Source: Octopus vulgaris
Taxonomy: Eukaryota
Length of the DNA: 64,000 bases
Direction: 5' to 3'
NCBI GenBank assembly: GCA_951406725.2
Contig: OX597817.1
Coordinates: 126,418,001-126,482,000 of the forward strand
Below are positions 13,536 through 27,136 of this stretch, one piece after another. The notes under the pieces were generated by a model. That model worked only from the letters and a program-made list of their open reading frames with translations, was not told where the DNA came from and did not search any database. The first letter of the stretch is position 1. The number at the start of each line of letters is the position of its first letter. The position numbers were made by a program, and so were the translations under genes.

Positions 13536-16500
13536 TTTATATATATATATATATATATGTTTATGTGTTTGTGTGAGTGTGTGTGGGTGTTGAATGCAAG
13601 TATGTGTTTGTGTGTAGAAAATATACCTCAGATACTTGACTATTTAGATGCATTTTAAAACATACTGTAGTGTAAGCAGATTTTCTTATATATTCGCTAT
13701 TACAATATGAATTTGCATCTTAATTGCTTATTTATTTTAAATATCTAATGAATCTTCCGATAAAGTCATTACGCAATGTTTTTATTTGAGTATTTATATA
13801 TTTTAACTTATTCTCTCGACATTAGTGTGTAGATTCATGTTAGAAAACACGTCAACTCTGTCAGCAAGCACGAGTTGAAGAATTTCTTCCTTCCCTCTCG
13901 CCAATTTTCTAGTTATGAATTGAGGAGGTCCTTCAATTAGTCACCTTTTAGAGTGGAGTTGTTACTTGCATTAATCTAATTTGATAAAGCACAGATTAAA
14001 TGCACTATACAACCGATTATTTCCAATTTATGCTTTTACAAATCTTAAATGCCTGCCTTGTTCGTTCATTTTTATTGCTTTTACCTATTCAGTAGAATAC
14101 AGAATAGTTAATATCTTGATCCAAATTAACGAAGTGGAATGATCATTTGTAACGTGCTTCTTTCTTTCTTTTTGGATAGGAATACTGAGGTATACATGTT
14201 CATTTATAAGTGCATGCGTACGTTCAGATGCATTAATCACACACATATTTATGTCGGCTGAGAGGTATTCATTCAAAAATTGCTATAAGGGAATCCAAAT
14301 CAAAACTTCTAACACATGTGCACACACAAACGGAGATATACGGACACATTCAGTATATTCATACATACAATCACTTATATATGACATTTAATAAACTACT
14401 GTCATTAATATCTCGCTTTTGCAATGTTTTCGTCACATTAATACCATTGGATTCCTGATATCATTTCTACATTGGCAAAATATAGGGTCTGTTGCATGCT
14501 TCTCTGATATTCAATTCTTCTACCTTCAAATATGCTCCCATTTTAGTACGATATTTATATGTTTAGACATGACACCAATATTTTCAAGGGCGCTATAAAT
14601 ATATTCAATTTAGAAGAACATTGAATGATATTTATTCTGTCTTAGATGGGTTTTTGTGCCTAATATTATTCAGAATGAAGAGACGTTTGACAAAAAAATA
14701 TGCAGGTAATCAGATATTGACCTCATTGGTATAATTATGAATATGACCGATAACATTTAGAATATTTTCACTTCACAGTGAATTTCAGAGTTTTAAATTA
14801 CTTTGAAGAAATTACTGGACATAACCATAAATTATAGACATAAAATTGGTGTGAGAATTATTTAAAAGTGAACTGTAGGTGGCCGTAACCTGTTCAACTG
14901 ATTTCTCGTGTGAGGTTCATGCGCAACTAATCTAAAGAGAACTTGCGTCAGAGGTAGCAGTGGCAACGAAGATTTGAAGAAATATATCATAGCAATATTG
15001 GCTGTAAGCTGGAGTATGAAGTATATATAAAATAGTGATCTGAAATGAAAGGAATCAAGAAAATTGAGAACTGAATGAAACACAAGCCCACAACATATTT
15101 CGAAGAACAATATCCTTTTTAGACGTGGTACATACTAGGTTTTGTAGCAAAATCACATTTTCTGATTAATATTGTAGAGTAGTTGTTATTCCTGCAATAC
15201 AGAATATAATTATGTGGAAGGTGAAACATGTTTTGCCGTTCAAGAAATTTAGATCTACTATAAACCGAACACCTCTCAAATAAAGATCACATATACACCA
15301 CCACGAATATGCTTTAAATATATATATATATATATATAGGATATAGTGTATATTTAAACACATAAGGAATCCACTTATAGACCACTGGAAATGTAAATTT
15401 TGATTGAATATTTTAATTATTAATTAAATTCTATTTCCCTTTGACATGATTATATATATATATATATATATATATGCGCTCAAAATAACAACAGTAAGAT
15501 CCAAAAATAATTAGTTGCAAGCAAGTGAAAAAGGTTACATTAATATGTAACTGTGAAGAATGTACTATTTTTCTTTTCTTTCCGAACAAATAAAAAGTAC
15601 AACCAAGAATGGAAATATCATACACTGAAGAATATATTTAAAGAAGGAAATATTACAGCAGAAAGGGTTAAAAATACGAAGCAAAATTTAACTAAAACTG
15701 AAAATGTTTTATTAGATATATAGAGCGAAATCAAAGAATAGGAAATAATTACTCATAAAATTCTTGGGAATGAATGGAATATTTCAAACATAAAAGAAAT
15801 GCAAGATGTACTGTATTTAGTCTATTTAATTGAATTCTAGTTCCTCATCCCTTTTTATGTTAAGCAAATGGCGTCTATCTCTCAAAGTGTCTCTCTCCAT
15901 TTCCTCGTCCCCCGAAATACAAAACGCCTTCTTACGCTTATATGTAACAAATGAAAAAACAACCAAACATTTATTTCTATTCTCAGACTATAAATAACTT
16001 TTCATTTCTTTTACCATACGGGTATTTTTGTCTACATCAGAATATGAAGCGTCTATCATGGTATGAAATTAAACGAAACATACTGGGAATATTAAGTACA
16101 GGAAATTTATTTTAAGTGAAGTGTTATTCGCTATGCATTGCTTCGATGACTCACATCTTAAAGAAAATTGATGTATTTCAGGGTCCATGAACATGTCATA
16201 CATTAATATAATTGCTTTTAATTTGCAATTATAAAAAAGTTCTATTTATGTTCGAATTATACATTATATTCTCTCCGTTACATCTAATTCGAGATTCCCA
16301 CATCTTTAATTTCAGTTGGACTACTGCAATATTTGAAATAGTTGTCAACTATAACTAAAGGGAAAACAACCAAACAAAACATCTGGGGCGTGATGAAAGA
16401 ATTTAATCAGACGTATAAATAACACAGTTGAAACATCCTATATTAAACAAAATAGCTTTGAAAATAGATTTTGAGGCTCAGTTATCTTTTGATTTCGTTT

Positions 16501-19500
16501 CAAATGTTCATTGAATTTAATATTCGTTTCCCGTTAATTATTATTGTAAGTGATTTATTTTTGTTTGCAGACATGTTTTAAAAAAAAAACATTTCAGTCT
16601 ATTTATGTTTTACAGATACATTGCAGATCTCATTTATAATTCATGCGATCAAAACTGGTATAATACACGTTGATTTAAAAATGCAATACTCAGCTGCTGT
16701 CAAAGTCGATATGGATGGTAATGAATAAACTTATTTCTTGATAGTGTGGTGCATGCAAATCTAGGAACTCAATATTAAGTAAAATGATGCAGCTACAAAT
16801 AAGTGAATATTTCTAATAAAAGTTGAGCGAGTTGATTTATATATTCCTTCAAGTGAATCTGAATCAATCATCTATTTTAATTTAAAAGCATATGCCTTCG
16901 AATTCAAGAATTTTGCCTCAAGAGCATAGCACAATATAAGTTCATATATATTTGTAAAATGAAATTTTAAATGCAGCGTAGGACTTGTTTACGATATTAA
17001 TATATTTAGATGAACTCAGAACAAATACGAGTCAGTAAACATGGTTGTATGTACATTTATATACGACACAAGGCTTTTGTTGCAAAGTTTACATCTAAAC
17101 AAATTTATACCTGGCGATTTAGTGCATAGTTTTCACCTAAACAAAAGCATGCCAGACGGAGCTCTATTGCAAAGGGTTTTCTGAATGGATTATGATGTCC
17201 TGTTCCAAGACGAATTTGCTATAAATATAGACTGTAGCGAAGGAGCAATTCAACCGGAGAAAGATTAATGTTAATTGTCCACGAAAATACCTCCAAATGG
17301 ATTTGAATGGGCGAAAATGTATTTAATATGTTATATATCTTAGTTGAGATAACACAAGCTTTAGTCTTTTTTGTATTTAAGATAATATCAAGGGATATTA
17401 TTTTCGGTGTTACCTTTGTTGTGAGGCGTTTTTGAATCGCATTTTTAATCTTCTCACTCCCATACTCTTTATAATATATCGTATTTTATACTTATGTTTT
17501 ATACAGTTTTGTTTCTACAGGGAAATATTACTTCAGATATTTTCAGCAGCGGTTATTAAAGATAAAATGCTATCATTTGAGAATTAACTACCATCTTCAG
17601 AAAATAATTGTTGGCTCGCTTTTCTCAGAGGAATATTTCAGCAGAAGAAGCCTTTCACTTTATCCAATTTATATTGACAAAGGAGGTCGCAATACCGTCC
17701 TTTGTGTGGCCGTCTAGGTGGGTTTGCAATCAACATATGCTACACTAGTATTCTGATAAAGCGTTTATATATAGATATAACCGAATTTCAGGTGTTTTTA
17801 TTAATTCCACGGAATATTCCTAACATGAATCTGACAGCTATCCCACAGAGTGCGCATATTTGTGAATTCTTTCAGTTGTTTCTCTTAGTAATAGTTTCAC
17901 ACGATTTCGGCGTGCATTCAGTTTTCAATAATGATAAATGTGTGTAGTATTCTCGAACAAAATTCAGGTCACCAATCAGAACACAAATACCCGCTAGTTT
18001 GGAAACAACATTTCTGCTGCTTCCATGTCCAATTACACCTTTGCGTCGATCGGTATCCTATGTATATATATATGTATGTATGTATATGTATTGAAATTAC
18101 TACTTTGTCCTCTATCGCACGAATGAGATATTCTGTACATCTGGTTTGACTATAACGTACTAATAAAATGAATTCACTTCTAACAACAGCCAAATGAAGT
18201 TCGGATCAACATCTATGTTAATATTATACAAGAGAATAAGAGACAAGTATCACTACACTTATTAACAAGGTAACCGGACGACATCTTTTTCCTTGTTATC
18301 CAAATGATTAATGAACATCAATTCCGTCGGTTAGCTTTGAGATTTCTCATGTTATGTAGCATCATTTTAGCAGGTTCATATTTGCACAACTCTTACTTGT
18401 TGAACGTTAGCAAACTGTGGTCCTGTTATTCCTTAAAAAATGCATTTGATTTTTTCTTATTCCAAAATACTACACTCTATCCTTGTGATCTTACCGACTT
18501 TAATTTGTCTCCCATGCAATTTGGAGAGTGACCGACTCAAATTATTTGAGCGTTCAGATGAAAGAGCCAGGTCTACTATATTAATTATCGGAAAAGTAAG
18601 AGATGATAATTTCCGTGGGATTTGACCTCAAAAATTTAGAATCAAATACAAGCTAATATTTCCGACATACGCAAAGACTCAGCCGGTATATTTTCCCCTT
18701 CACCTATATATTGCTTCCATTGTTGCATATTACATTAGTTATATTCATTTTTACTCTGATGGCTGCTAGTAAGTTTCAATCCATGTCTCTCAATGCAGCA
18801 TTTGTTTTTAACTTCTTTAACCCTATGAGATTAAAAAAAACAAACATTAGAATAGCAGAATTCAACTGAGACTTACTGGCAGCAATTGACGTAAAAGTTG
18901 AATATAGTTAATGTAATTTATAACTATAAGATAAGTAAGAGTGAAGTACTCTGACAATTACAATCACCTAAATCATGTGTATATACTAGTAAATTTTCCT
19001 TAGTCCGAGATGACTAATATAATGGGAGCTCGACTTTACATTTTTGCAATTTATACCAATCATTACCATTATATTTTTCTTTCTTACAGTATCTATTTCG
19101 TTTCAATCTTTCATATGCCAGATAAATAGGAAGTGAATATTTAGGAAAACGACCAGTGATTTCACTTCTTTCTTGAAATAAATAAACAATTCATTCATAG
19201 AGCATATAGCAATTTAAATTATAGTAGCTTCGGAGAAGTTCATAAGCAAGCATTGTTGCATGTATATTTATTGCATTTTCACATAGAGAGATATACATTA
19301 AGACAGTAAGTAAAAGAAGAAAGTTATAGAAATATTACACATAAGAGGTATAGCCTGTCTAAGATTATTCACTCAGATTTTACCATAGACATTTTAAAAT
19401 TATTTGACTAGCTATTGGAAACAAACTGATCATTACATATTCATTAAATCTCCTTTGTTTTTACCGTATAAACAAATATAGCTTCAATCACTACTCAGTA

Positions 19501-20603
19501 AAATTGGCATGTTATTCGTTTTCTAATAAAATGTTTTACGATTATAATATTTTTAAATGGAATCGTAATATTGAATAAAGTAAAACCTAAACTTTTAGCC
19601 GTCAAAATTATCTTGCTTGGAATGTATCTCATAGATGAATATGGCATTAAACAATTACATTTTATTCATGCATAGTTTCTCAATAAATAAAGATAAAATT
19701 CAAAATCTTGGAAAAGTTCCTCATACAAGTTTCTATAGGGAAATATATGAATTAAATATTATCTGCAGAATAATAATTGTTACATCATACTTACTGAAAT
19801 ACTTAATAACGTAAGTGAAACCGAGACCTGATTATATTAAATTACGTGTTATAATTGAGTTATCAGAAGTTATTCGATTAAATTTGTGCTAAAGAAGAGG
19901 TCTGGTTTCTATTTGAATCCAGTTTGATTGGGTGCAGTTTACTGACGAGCACTTGTTGTTGGGAGAAATCACCATTTAGGATTTCACCGGAGTAGTACAA
20001 CGCTAAATCGGAAGCTAAAATACATTACCTTTATTCTATTTCTATTTCACACAGTATTTAAATATATAATATGAGGTTGACTGGATATATCTTTATTGGG
20101 AATGTGCATACCGAGTGTTGATTGAGGCTAGTTTCAATACTAATATTTATCCCATGTGATAAGTGTTACATCAACATAACATTACCTATTGGCAGCATCG
20201 TTGCATTAGAAGCTACCTTCTAATTATGTATATAATTAGAAACTCTAAAAATTATCATACGCGCAGTAAGAAAGGAAACAGTAATTATTAGGTGAATCTT
20301 TCGACGGAAAATATATACTTAATCATTAGTAAGCAAAGAGTTTACGTTTAAAAGGATAAATATTATTTGCGGGTATAGAATGCATCAAAATTTGCTTAAA
20401 GTGTTGTGAGGTAAATAGTGGAAATAAATATGCTTCTGCATTGTATGAATTCGATCCTTCAAATTATTTCATAAATATTACGTTCCTTTTGCTGACATGA
20501 CTACCAACAACAAATGAACTTTACTGTGACAAATATTTGTATGTATACATATATGTGTGTGCGTGTGTGTGTGTTTGTCTGTATGTATATATATATATAT
20601 ATA

Positions 20604-21002
20604 CTCTTTTTTCTTTTACTCTTTTACTTGTTTCAGTTATTTTGACTGCGGCCATGCTGGAGCACCGCATTTAGTCGAGCAAATCGACCCCGGGACTTAT
20701 TCTTTGTAAGCCCAGTACATATTCTATCGGTCTCTTTTGCCGAAACGCTAAGTGACGGGGACGTAAACACACCAGCATCGGTTGTCAAGCAAGGCTAGGG
20801 GGACAATCACAGACACACAAACACATATACACACATATATATATACATATTTACGACAGGCTTCTTTCAGTTTCCGTCTATCAAATCCACTCACAAGGCA
20901 TTGGTCGGCAAGAATACACTTGCCCAAGATGCCACGCAGTGGGACTGAACCCGGAGCCATGTGATTGGTTAGCAAGCTACTTACCACACAGCCACTCCTG
21001 TG

Positions 21003-21003
<1 letters not shown>
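20604..21003 (-). mobile_element. tRNA-derived SINE, family B (internal CA/TA tract)
   Basis: The minus-strand head gcacaggagtggctgtgtggtaagtagcttgct...gggttcagtccc carries A/B boxes. The body is shared with 31948-32267 and 60645-61030. Confidence 0.85.
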
Positions 21004-21071
<68 letters not shown>

Positions 21072-21944
21072 AAATAGGAGAAAATCTTCATAAGAATTTA
21101 TCAAGTAGTTAGCGTGAAAAATCTTATATGGGAAAAATCCATCAATTTTTCCTCTTAAATATATTTACTTATATTAACGGCATTACTATAAATAAATGCC
21201 TCACGCTAGGAGGGACACTTAAAGTCAAAACTACCATAATAAATAAACACATTGTACCGAATTCAGGGGAATACAACTCTCGAAGCGAGCATTTTAAAAA
21301 TAGAATTCAGCTGCATATCATATGATGTCATTATTAGTGCACAAAATGTACATTTTTATCTTCAGTGCAAGCATAATTCAAGATACATGAAAATGAACAA
21401 ACAATCAACGTACCAGACGAACACCAAATGTATCTAACATAGTACATAGAAATTGTTCACTCTTATATATCCATGTAAAAGGCGGGCTTTTTTAATTGCA
21501 TCTCGGTACATGTGTTTATTCGGAATAAAATTCAGCACTGAATATATTCATACATTAACTAAAAACATCTACTGCAATTTGCCAGTTGATCGGTAGGGAG
21601 GGACTGAATATGCGACTGCCAGACAAGGTACCCTCCCCGAGGAGGTACCTAACTAATTGCGAGCCATATACACATTACCCTAATTAGGGAATCAATGCTG
21701 AAAGTACGTCTTCGGTCTAACTAATTGTACAATATCATTGTAGCAAATCTAAAGCATACACATCGGAACTACCATAAAACAAGTATGCATACATGTTAAA
21801 GAGAATGTCTACAGTAAGGCATTTGTCCATATAATCTAGATTTGCTTGAAGCCGCAGAACAGAGAATTGGGAACATGAGAATAAAGTAAAGAAATCACAA
21901 CATACAAGATTATTGGTTTCCGATGTTGGCACATGTTCAGTAGC

Positions 21945-22130
21945 CTAGGGAGAGTGTGTAAGTTGATTACATTGACCCCAGTGTTCAACTAATACTTATT
22001 TCATCGACACTGGAAAGACGAAAGGCAAAATCAACCACGACGGAATCTGAACTAGGAATGCGAACCAGGGTGAAACTCCGCTAAGTGTGTTGCCCGGCCT
22101 GCTAACGGTTCTACCAGGTCGCCGCCCTAA
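21945..22130 (-). mobile_element. tRNA-derived SINE, family C
   Basis: Minus strand reads ggcggcgacctggtagaaccgttagc...ttgcctttcgtctttcc..gtcgatgaaataagta..actggggtcaatgtaatc. Same family as 51830-52028 and 49170-49235. Confidence 0.75.
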
Positions 22131-22446
22131 GATTAAACGCCATATTGAGAGTACTGAGCTCCACTCAGTTATTTAGGTACTATAGCAATGCGATATGGTC
22201 ATTGCAACGCAGTCCTTCGCCCAACACACTACAAAAGCAAGAAGTCAGCTCATAACAACATTACCCCGAATTTCTACTAAGAAAGATATCCTAACGCCAA
22301 GAATAGAGAAATAGATAAAAGTTAAAAACATCGACTTGCATTATTTCTTGTACCACGCATTATTTTGACTTGAAAAAATTTAGAATACATTTATGCTAAT
22401 AAAATATAGCTACCTGTACCCTATACTCGTCGAATGGATGAGTGAG

Positions 22447-22508
<62 letters not shown>

Positions 22509-23016
22509 TATGCATGCGTGCGTGTGCGCGTGTATATAATCAGACGTACATATATATATATATATATATATAAATGTATGTATGAATGTATGTACGAATT
22601 ATATCTTTACAAGAAACGCATACAACGTATATGGCATTTTCAAAAGATTTATATAACGTAGGTGTGTGAGAGCAGGTCGTTTATTTCAGTCATGCTTGCC
22701 GATTGGCCAGTTAGCGCAATATGATTGACTCACTCCGTTTTATGAGTAAAAACAATACAGATAATGATGTCTAAATCTATTTATTAAAAAATATATACTA
22801 CTGCACAAATACAAAAGGATCCCTCGTTAAAATGCATGATGCTTATTATCAAAGCAAATCGAGTATAGCTGTAGAATGTGGAACAATTTAACGACCATAA
22901 ATATTTTTCTGAAAAGTTCTACCTTTTGCGCCAGATTTTAAGCGATATAAGACAGCAGGAACGAGAATATAAAAAATTTGAATATATGTATATATATATA
23001 TAAATACACACCTGCA

Positions 23017-23059
<43 letters not shown>

Positions 23060-23140
23060 ATGTATACATACTTATGCATATACATTTAAATCTAGATCTA
23101 AATCTGTATAAACACAAACATACACACACACATATATATA

Positions 23141-23184
<44 letters not shown>

Positions 23185-23199
23185 TTACTACTGAAGGCA

Positions 23200-23452
23200 T
23201 GACTGATCTCGATTGCTGATCTTGAGAACCTTCCTGTCCAGAGAACAAGGTGACATCATTCCACTTTCATCCCCTTTTGTACGGCCACACCTCGAATACC
23301 GCTCCCGCTTGTTGTCTCCCCATACAAAATAAAACATTTCGAGGATTGAATAACCCCAGAGGGTACTCACTAAACGAATTGAAGGCATCACTGATCTCGA
23401 TTACTTGGACCACCTTAAAGCCTTCTAACTCTACTGTCTCCAGAAGAACTGC
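23200..23452 (+). mobile_element. CR1/L2-group LINE RT C-terminal fragment
   Basis: FVRPHLEYRSRLLSPHTK*NISRIE*PQRVLTKRIEGITDLDYLDHLKAF*LYCLQK matches VRPHLEY..WSP..IE.VQR.FTKRI..Y..RL..L.LYSL. Confidence 0.8.
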
Positions 23453-23519
23453 CATGTGAAGTTAGTAACAGTTATATGTATATTAGATGTCTCTTGATCA
23501 ATTACTACTACGTAATTCT

Positions 23520-24580
23520 TATTAGTGTGTAAGCTCCAACTATGAGCTCGTCTGATGTCGAATGTGTTCCTTCTACATATCTCTGAAAGAATTTTTACGT
23601 AAGAAACTTGAAGCTCTAGACAAAGTCATCATCCTAGACCCGTTTAATACAAGATTAGGATGCGCCTTTAATTACACATTAGTGGGAAACGTAGTGTAGG
23701 CAAGGGTAATATTATTGGAATGCTTCCGCTGAAAATATGTGCCGTAACAGACCTTTGTTTTGAAAATACTATGTTTTAACTGAATGATATGTATTAGAAC
23801 ACATGCATGTTGTTTGAAAACACTTGCATCCTATTGATTATTTTATCACCCGCGGGCTTAGCCTACACAATATATACATTGTTCCTTCGATACGTCTTAC
23901 AGAGTGCTGAGCTAATCGCATATTTGTCACACCATAGTAATACTAAATGAAAGGTGTAGGGTGTTACACTCTCAGAAAGGTTGGTTGTTAGCTGCATGAA
24001 AAATTCTGAGGTCGAAGCACGGCTTGTGAAAAACTCAGATGTGAAAATGACAAAAATAATTTTATGGAGTTTATATAATATCTGTGCAGATGCGATTGAT
24101 TTTGTACAATAAAAATACCAAGGTTGATTTATTGAAAACTAGAAGGTCAACAAACTGCTATTTGCAAAGAAGACAGCATTTTCAACCTTCCTCAAAACTG
24201 GCTACTCCACCGGAGAGAACAAAATTAAAATATAACAGAGAATTGAACTATGCGAAGTGTCGTGTGTAGCGACGGCTGCGACGTACGCGGGTGTCATGAT
24301 GAAGGGCTAAGTTGAATGATAATCAATCTGCCTTTATTTCCAGCAACAACACCCCGTGGAATTGTCGCTTTTAAGAAGTACATGGACCTTCGTCTTGTCC
24401 CATTGATCAATTACGCACTCACTAAAGATGAAACATATTTACGTAGGCAAGCAGACGTAATACTGGGCAGGTGGAAACAACACACTGACAATTCTTTTTG
24501 TTTTGTAAATCAACCATCAGAGGTTGATAATGCATCCATTGAGCGCTTGAGACAGACATTCCTGCATAAATTCCTTCAAC
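23520..24580 (+). mobile_element. RTE (BovB-like) LINE fragment: APE endonuclease and linker
   Basis: DKVIILDPFNTRLG (GDFNARVG), KHLHPIDYFITR (HWHLIDY) and LTKDETYLRRQADVILGRWKQH..VNQPSEVDNASIERL. Confidence 0.7.
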
Positions 24581-25681
24581 TTTAGCATTTCCATAACAGT
24601 GTCTACGCCGTATTTCTGTTGGAAAATGCATAAACGTTAAATATTTTTGAAGAAAGCAGACATCTTGGAAAAGGAACGGGAGAAATAACAAACTGACCGG
24701 GCATGTTGGAGGAGCACATTATATGATGGAAGTGAGAACTTTTACATTGCTCAAAGTAATCACTAGCAGTTGAATAAGGTTTCTAAAAAGGGTGGGAACG
24801 TATTATTTTTGTGAAATGTGACTACTGACCAGAGTGATTTGACATACAAGAAATGTAAGGGTATCTGTTTCGGCAGAGAAGGAGTTAAAAGTCATCAAAT
24901 AATTTATTTCGATTACGCCCTACACGGCATAACAACAAGCTATGAATGTGGCAGTATTTGCCTATCTGCTGAGGGCTTCTAGCGTCCCATATTTTGCACG
25001 ATCACCAAAATATTGCTTATGCTGTTGTAGACAATCATGTTCGTAACATCGAGGTCAAAATGTAGAGGTCCTGGCTTCAAAAGCCACACGCTTGCTGCCC
25101 AAATATGAGACCGATTACGGAGAGCTTCAGGTGGTATATATACTTGAGAACGTTGAACCGGCTATGATATTCATATGTACATATTTATGAGTGTCGATAT
25201 ATATGTGATTGCGTGCACATGTTAACTTAATCTATTGTAACAATATAAAAGTATTGTAGAACTTTAAGTAAAGTTTACTTATATAGTATAACTTTCATGC
25301 ATACTTATGTATATCTACTATCTTCCCAACTAATTATTACGTGAAGGTAGATGAACTGTCTTGTGAATCAAACTCACTTGCCAATGTAAAATGAGATTTT
25401 CATCAATAGAACTTCGGTTTATTTAATTGGAAAGTGTGTTCATTACAATTGTAATTGGCATAGCATTAATTCTTCATTAAGCTACGGCAAAGAGTGTATT
25501 AAACTCCAAGAGACTGTTGCTATTTTGGTGGGCTATCTCATGACACATTCGACATTATTATTTCAGTTGTTGGCACCATTGAAATCCAATTATTTGGTAC
25601 TGGAATACAACGTGACTTACATATATTTACACCTACATTTACATAAATATATAAGTATATAAATTATATATATGCATATAA

Positions 25682-25716
<35 letters not shown>

Positions 25717-25784
25717 AATCCATCTATCTGTCTGTCTTTCTATCTAGATTCTCCACATTGTTTTCAATTATATAAATATATATA

Positions 25785-26160
25785 TATAATATTAGGGAGT
25801 ATAACTCCAAACTTACAGGGAAAAATTAGTATTACATCCAATTTCAAAATATATATATATAATATATAAATTAGAGAAAAAGCAATATTTTGCAATTCAA
25901 ACAATGATAGACATACACCAAATGATAAATAAAAAATAAAATATATTTTTTAAAACATATGTTTTATTTTTTATATATGATTTGTTTTATTTCTATCATT
26001 GTTTGAATTGCATAATAGCGTTTTTTTCTCTAATTTATATATTATATATTTATATTTTGAAATTTGATTTAATACTATTCTTTCCCTGTAATTTTGGAGT
26101 TATACTCCCTAATATTATAGTGCCAATTGCATAATAGTGGTTCTTCTCTAATTTATATTT
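25785..26160. mobile_element. PLE pLTR fold-back palindrome (25785-26119) plus a partial third copy
   Basis: The arms attagggagtataactccaaacttacagggaa... and ...ttccctgtaattttggagttatactccctaat are reverse complements. The terminus and the aaattagaga..caaacaatga block are shared with 42781-43282. Confidence 0.7.
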
Positions 26161-26189
26161 ATATATGTATGTATATATATGTATATATA

Positions 26190-27135
26190 TAGTAAATGAA
26201 GTATGGAAGATGGAATATGTGAAAATGTTTATCAACCACGATAATTCTTTGGACACATCAAGCATCTATCCCTCACGGGTGGGACACTTAGCAACTGGTT
26301 CAGGAAAACCTGGCTGTGGAGATGTGTCTAATCGGGTGAGAAATATATACAAATCCTTAAAATAAGAGTTCCGTAATACAGCTTCTCATCTTGTAGAAGG
26401 AAAAAACAGCAAAACGAAGGGTATATTGTCATTGATATAGAAAATCAAAAATAAAATCACAGATACAAAAAGAAACGAACACGCAATACAGCGCGAAAAG
26501 TATGAAAAATAACCGTTAACAGATATGGATGTGTAAACGCCCTGGTGCAAGCTGCATGGCGCATGTACACTCGCTAAAACAAGCATCCACGAATATATAA
26601 GCATAGCCATACGTGAGGTTTGGTGTGCACATTATCACAAAGTGAGTTAAGTTTACACGAAGGAAGAAGTTAAAAGTAAACTCAATTCATACATACCTTA
26701 AATTATATTATGTTAATGGTTTTCCAAATTCTTTCCCAATGCATTGTACGAAATTACATTTGTATGCGTGTAGGCCTCCTGAGAATCTTTCAGAAACTCT
26801 GTTAATTATCTTCTCCTTGGTCCACAGAATAGATATAGATTACTCGGAGCAAAGTCGATATCTCCTAGAAATGATATTATATGGTTTTCCGTAGCTAACT
26901 ATGGACCAATATATGTAATACTTTATGTTGTCTTCCTTCAGTCGCTATACAAAATCCAAAATCGGCCAAATGTTGAATGTCTCTTATTGATTCTCTTGAA
27001 GCTGGTGACATGTTTGCGATAGCGAATCTTACATGTGTGTACTGTATATGTATATACATGATTTGTACTTAAACAGAGGTTTATCAATGGGCATATTGAT
27101 TTTTCTCTGCATGGGGATTTATCATATGTATTTGT
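26190..27135 (-). mobile_element. Penelope-like element, GIY-YIG region and 3' pLTR (decayed)
   Basis: PCREKSICPLINLCLSTNHVY..KIRYRKHVTSFKRINKRHST, then RLKEDNIKYYIYWSIVSYGKPYNIISRRYRLCSE. These are PLE CxCR..CPL..CL..VY / W.I..PY..C.LC motifs. Confidence 0.75.
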
Positions 27136-27136
27136 A

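Noticed and set aside
14670-19150. Scattered plus-strand exon-like segments (14673-14706, 16616-16658, 17521-17717)
   Set aside because: Splice-like words are common in AT-rich DNA, and no consistent frame or recognisable product emerged.
19940-19975. CTGACGA...GAAA hammerhead-like words
   Set aside because: No stem I or stem II pairing and no NUH in position.
21068-21300. Possible additional PLE pLTR next to (TA)n
   Set aside because: No ORF remnant, no intact hammerhead core and no second copy in the window.
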